39,757 nucleotides of DNA from an uncultured archaeon (lineage in GTDB: Archaea; Asgardarchaeota; Thorarchaeia; Thorarchaeales; Thorarchaeaceae). Both the position numbers and the translations under genes were made by a program. Positions 37,416-39,757 of this stretch are shown in pieces. Every line of letters starts with the position of its first letter. Positions within the stretch are counted from its first letter, which is position 1. Below the pieces are notes generated by a model. That model ran no database searches. It was not told the DNA's origin and worked only from the letters and a program-made list of their open reading frames with translations. Where the stretch lies: contig CAZVZC010000015.1 of NCBI GenBank assembly GCA_964631415.1, forward strand, positions 1-39,757, in the 5' to 3' direction.

Positions 37416-38303
37416 GTGAGGTACGATTCCTACGAGGATGAGAGGCGTGCTGAGAGATCAGTAAGACTCGATAAGACAGAGGGTTATGTGGTCATAGAGG
37501 GAAGGGCTTACCCCGCGAAAGAGATAGTCGAAGCTCTAGCTCAGAGTGGGTACGCAGAGATCAAGGCCATTGGAGACTCACTCATGCTTGGACGCCGGCG
37601 GATCACTCCCATCTTCAAATCGCGCCAAGAGAGAGCCATGGCCGCTCTTTGCCATGCAAGCCTGGCATACTGCTGTCCGCTTTCCAAGAGGTGCGCAGAC
37701 AGAGACCGCGCTCTCGAGATGCTTGGACTCACCTCAGCGGACTATGAACACCTGAAGGCTGACTCCCACTCAAGTTTCATTGATGCATCAAGAGGGCTCG
37801 AAACTCGCCAAGACTACTCATCGCAGCAGTCAGTACCCACGAGAACAGCCAATAGACCGGCGACTGACTGGGGCTATGGCTCGGACGACTATCGAAGAGA
37901 CTTCGACCAGCTCGATAGCGTCCTGCAGGCAAAACAAGCGGAGGCCGCCAAGACTGGCGAATCGAGGGATTGGTTTACGGACCAGGAAACCGGACATACT
38001 CGCTCACAGGAAGACCAGTTCCCGGAAAGGCCGAGTACAAGACCCTCCACAGACTCGAGCAAAGAGCCTTCCCTTTTCGAAGACCGCAAGTCTGCCGACC
38101 GTGAGAGAGGCGCGGTGACCAGTTGCAGGACATGCTCTAGTGATCCGGTCGAGGGACTTGGAAACCTCTTCAACCAAGGCGAACTCAGTCCATTTGTGGA
38201 AGACTCTCACGAGGAAGGAACAAGGAGTGGTTTCTGTTTCTCATGCGGCAGGACCCTGAGAGAAGGCATCAAGGTCTGCCCGTACTGCGGGTCGTCGAAG
38301 TGA
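37416..38303 (+). CDS. Protein with a methanogenesis-marker-9-like Cys-rich domain and C-terminal Zn ribbon
   Basis: LCHASLAYCCPLSKRCADRDRALEMLGLT..DY..LK; disordered linker; CFSC...CPYC. Confidence 0.65.
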   Translation: MRYDSYEDERRAERSVRLDKTEGYVVIEGRAYPAKEIVEALAQSGYAEIKAIGDSLMLGRRRITPIFKSRQERAMAALCHASLAYCCPLSKRCADRDRALEMLGLTSADYEHLKADSHSSFIDASRGLETRQDYSSQQSVPTRTANRPATDWGYGSDDYRRDFDQLDSVLQAKQAEAAKTGESRDWFTDQETGHTRSQEDQFPERPSTRPSTDSSKEPSLFEDRKSADRERGAVTSCRTCSSDPVEGLGNLFNQGELSPFVEDSHEEGTRSGFCFSCGRTLREGIKVCPYCGSSK

Positions 38304-38315
38304 GCTCGAGTAGGT

Positions 38316-39350
38316 TCAGTAGTTGCCTATAGCAGTTTCGCGTCTCGTCGAATAGTCTGCAGGATAATGGAACGAAACGACAAACCTGTCGATTCCGGCG
38401 TCCTTGCCGAGGGCTTTTATTTCTTGGAACTGTTCTAGTGTTCTTACCCCCCACCTGAACAGAGAGGCCCGACCGCCCCGGCGCTTGAACTCCGCTGTGA
38501 AGTACAATGACTCGACGAGGTCATTGTATTCCTTAGTGCCTCTTCGAGGCAGCGTGGGTGACCACGGAAAGAGATTGATGAGCACATTGCCCGTTATCTC
38601 TCCAATCTTGGCATAGTCATATCCATACTTCTTCGAGCCACCCTCAGATAACCCGCTCTCAGGATCAATGAGAACCTCAACTGCTATTCTCAGTGGTTTT
38701 GACCTGTGAGTCGCCTGACTGACGTCGCGAGCAGCGTCCTGCAGGTATCGGAAACCTTGCGTGACCTTGTCAGTGCGCCACTTGTGCCACTTTGAGAGGT
38801 ATTCGGGGTTGTCAGCTATGTACTGGTATACGAGCCGCTTGGGTTCCTGGTCAACCATCGGGGCGAATTCTTTCCTACACCTGTCACAGAAACAGAATTC
38901 CTCGCGTACATACCCCGTTCCGAAGAGCAGAATCTCATCGATGGGGTACGCCCCAAGCTCCTTCACGATTTCAGCACCGTACTGCCAGAACTCCTCATGG
39001 TTTGGACATATCTGATGAGTCAGTGCAGTGCCCTTCTGACTCACGGACTGGTACTTTGGGTCGCGTGCGAACCAGCCGTCCGTATAGAAGTCCATTCCGA
39101 CAGACGAGTCAATGCTCAATGCATTTGTGAGAGTGACCCACTGCTCGAAGAACTGCGTGTACCTGTCATCAACTGGAGCAGTGCGGCTGGGATAGATTGT
39201 CTTTCCGCTGGGGTCTTTTCCGACAATTCCCACCTCCCTCATGTATGATGCGTACGTCGACAGGAAGTCCTTCGCCGTCATCTCAACATCGTCAGGTCGG
39301 AAAAGGATCGTCATCTTCTGCATGAAGAACTCTCGAAAGTTCAGCTTCAT
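38316..39350 (-). CDS. Hypothetical TIM-barrel protein, glycoside-hydrolase-like (GHL10-like)
   Basis: G...YPS, D.W, ICPNH, EL..YPID.I, CFCDRCRKEF, W.KWR, YGYDY..I. Confidence 0.6.
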   Translation of the reverse strand: MKLNFREFFMQKMTILFRPDDVEMTAKDFLSTYASYMREVGIVGKDPSGKTIYPSRTAPVDDRYTQFFEQWVTLTNALSIDSSVGMDFYTDGWFARDPKYQSVSQKGTALTHQICPNHEEFWQYGAEIVKELGAYPIDEILLFGTGYVREEFCFCDRCRKEFAPMVDQEPKRLVYQYIADNPEYLSKWHKWRTDKVTQGFRYLQDAARDVSQATHRSKPLRIAVEVLIDPESGLSEGGSKKYGYDYAKIGEITGNVLINLFPWSPTLPRRGTKEYNDLVESLYFTAEFKRRGGRASLFRWGVRTLEQFQEIKALGKDAGIDRFVVSFHYPADYSTRRETAIGNY

Positions 39351-39641
39351 CTCAATGCGGCCCCATCATCTTTGGCAGGTTCACGGCTGTCTGTCCCCTA
39401 GCGCTAGACCTGTGGTGTGCTATAAGAGTTTCTTCGTTGGACCGGTCACACCAACAGGCAAAGGCATCCGTTATGAAGTTAAATGTCATTGGCTGGGCTG
39501 TGGACAGGACATATGCCCGACAATCTGAACTGCCACTGACTTGTCCTGCAAGGAAGCGGCACAAAGCAAGTGTTGCGGCCCCTATTTCACTCGATGAGAT
39601 GATTGGCATCTCACTACGGATGCCCTTGGCGAACTGCATAC

Positions 39642-39757
39642 CTAGAAGAACTGTTCCAGAGTAGTGAACCCAAGAAGCTCCTCGAACTCAAGGCCGACAG
39701 AATCCAGAACCTGTTCGAAGACAGAGTGTAGGGTGTCGATGTACTTTTCCTTGTCCA
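39642..39757 (-). CDS. Family B DNA polymerase (PolB1-like), C-terminal fragment; not in the ORF track
   Basis: Frame from 39755 translates DKEKYIDTLHSVFEQVLDSVGLEFEELLGFTTLEQFF*. This matches the PolB1 C-terminal pattern D.EKY...L.S.FEQ.L...G and ends in a PIP-box-like TTLEQFF. Confidence 0.75.
   Translation of the reverse strand, partial: DKEKYIDTLHSVFEQVLDSVGLEFEELLGFTTLEQFF

Noticed and set aside
39352-39639. 95-aa ORF between polB and the TIM-barrel gene
   Set aside because: No recognisable motif, and it contains a TATA-like element (~39421) for the downstream gene; probably non-coding.
1-39757. CRISPR array, rRNA, IS elements and the many antisense/shadow ORFs
   Set aside because: No regularly spaced repeats, rRNA motifs or transposase were seen. 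The shadow ORFs lie within well-supported genes and are expected at this GC content.

Overview
Archaeal chromosomal segment, almost certainly from an Asgard archaeon (Thorarchaeia-like by my judgement of gene style and content; inference). Evidence includes TFB, DGGGP synthase, MfnA, archaeal ArgRS/AspRS and a cluster of eukaryotic-signature genes. From left to right it holds a truncated tRNA-Leu(CAG), a peroxiredoxin, a NikR-linked Cbi/NikMNQO ECF transporter, a membrane wHTH regulator flanked by two surface proteins, a tRNA-His(GUG) apparently interrupted by two non-canonical BHB introns, a wHTH-MNT/HEPN toxin-antitoxin pair with a palindromic operator, and housekeeping genes (mfnA, TraB-family, hypB, ECF S components, Yip1, UbiA-family DGGGPS, endonuclease IV, Trm11-like, longin-like, tfb, argS, tldD/pmbA). 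A five-gene ESCRT locus at 26320-31367 follows, then aspS, an orphan m4C methyltransferase, a class III aminotransferase, a methanogenesis-marker-9-like protein and the C-terminus of a PolB. The most striking element is the rewired ESCRT locus. One gene fuses B-box/Zn fingers, a coiled coil, a PH/GRAM(GLUE)-like domain and a Vps23/37 steadiness box. Another fuses a Vps28 N-terminal (ESCRT-I core) hairpin directly to Vps22/36 (ESCRT-II) winged helices. These sit with Vps25, Vps4 and a CHMP1-like ESCRT-III, with no ubiquitin or UEV gene in the window. All domain calls are from motif recognition by eye; no searches were run.
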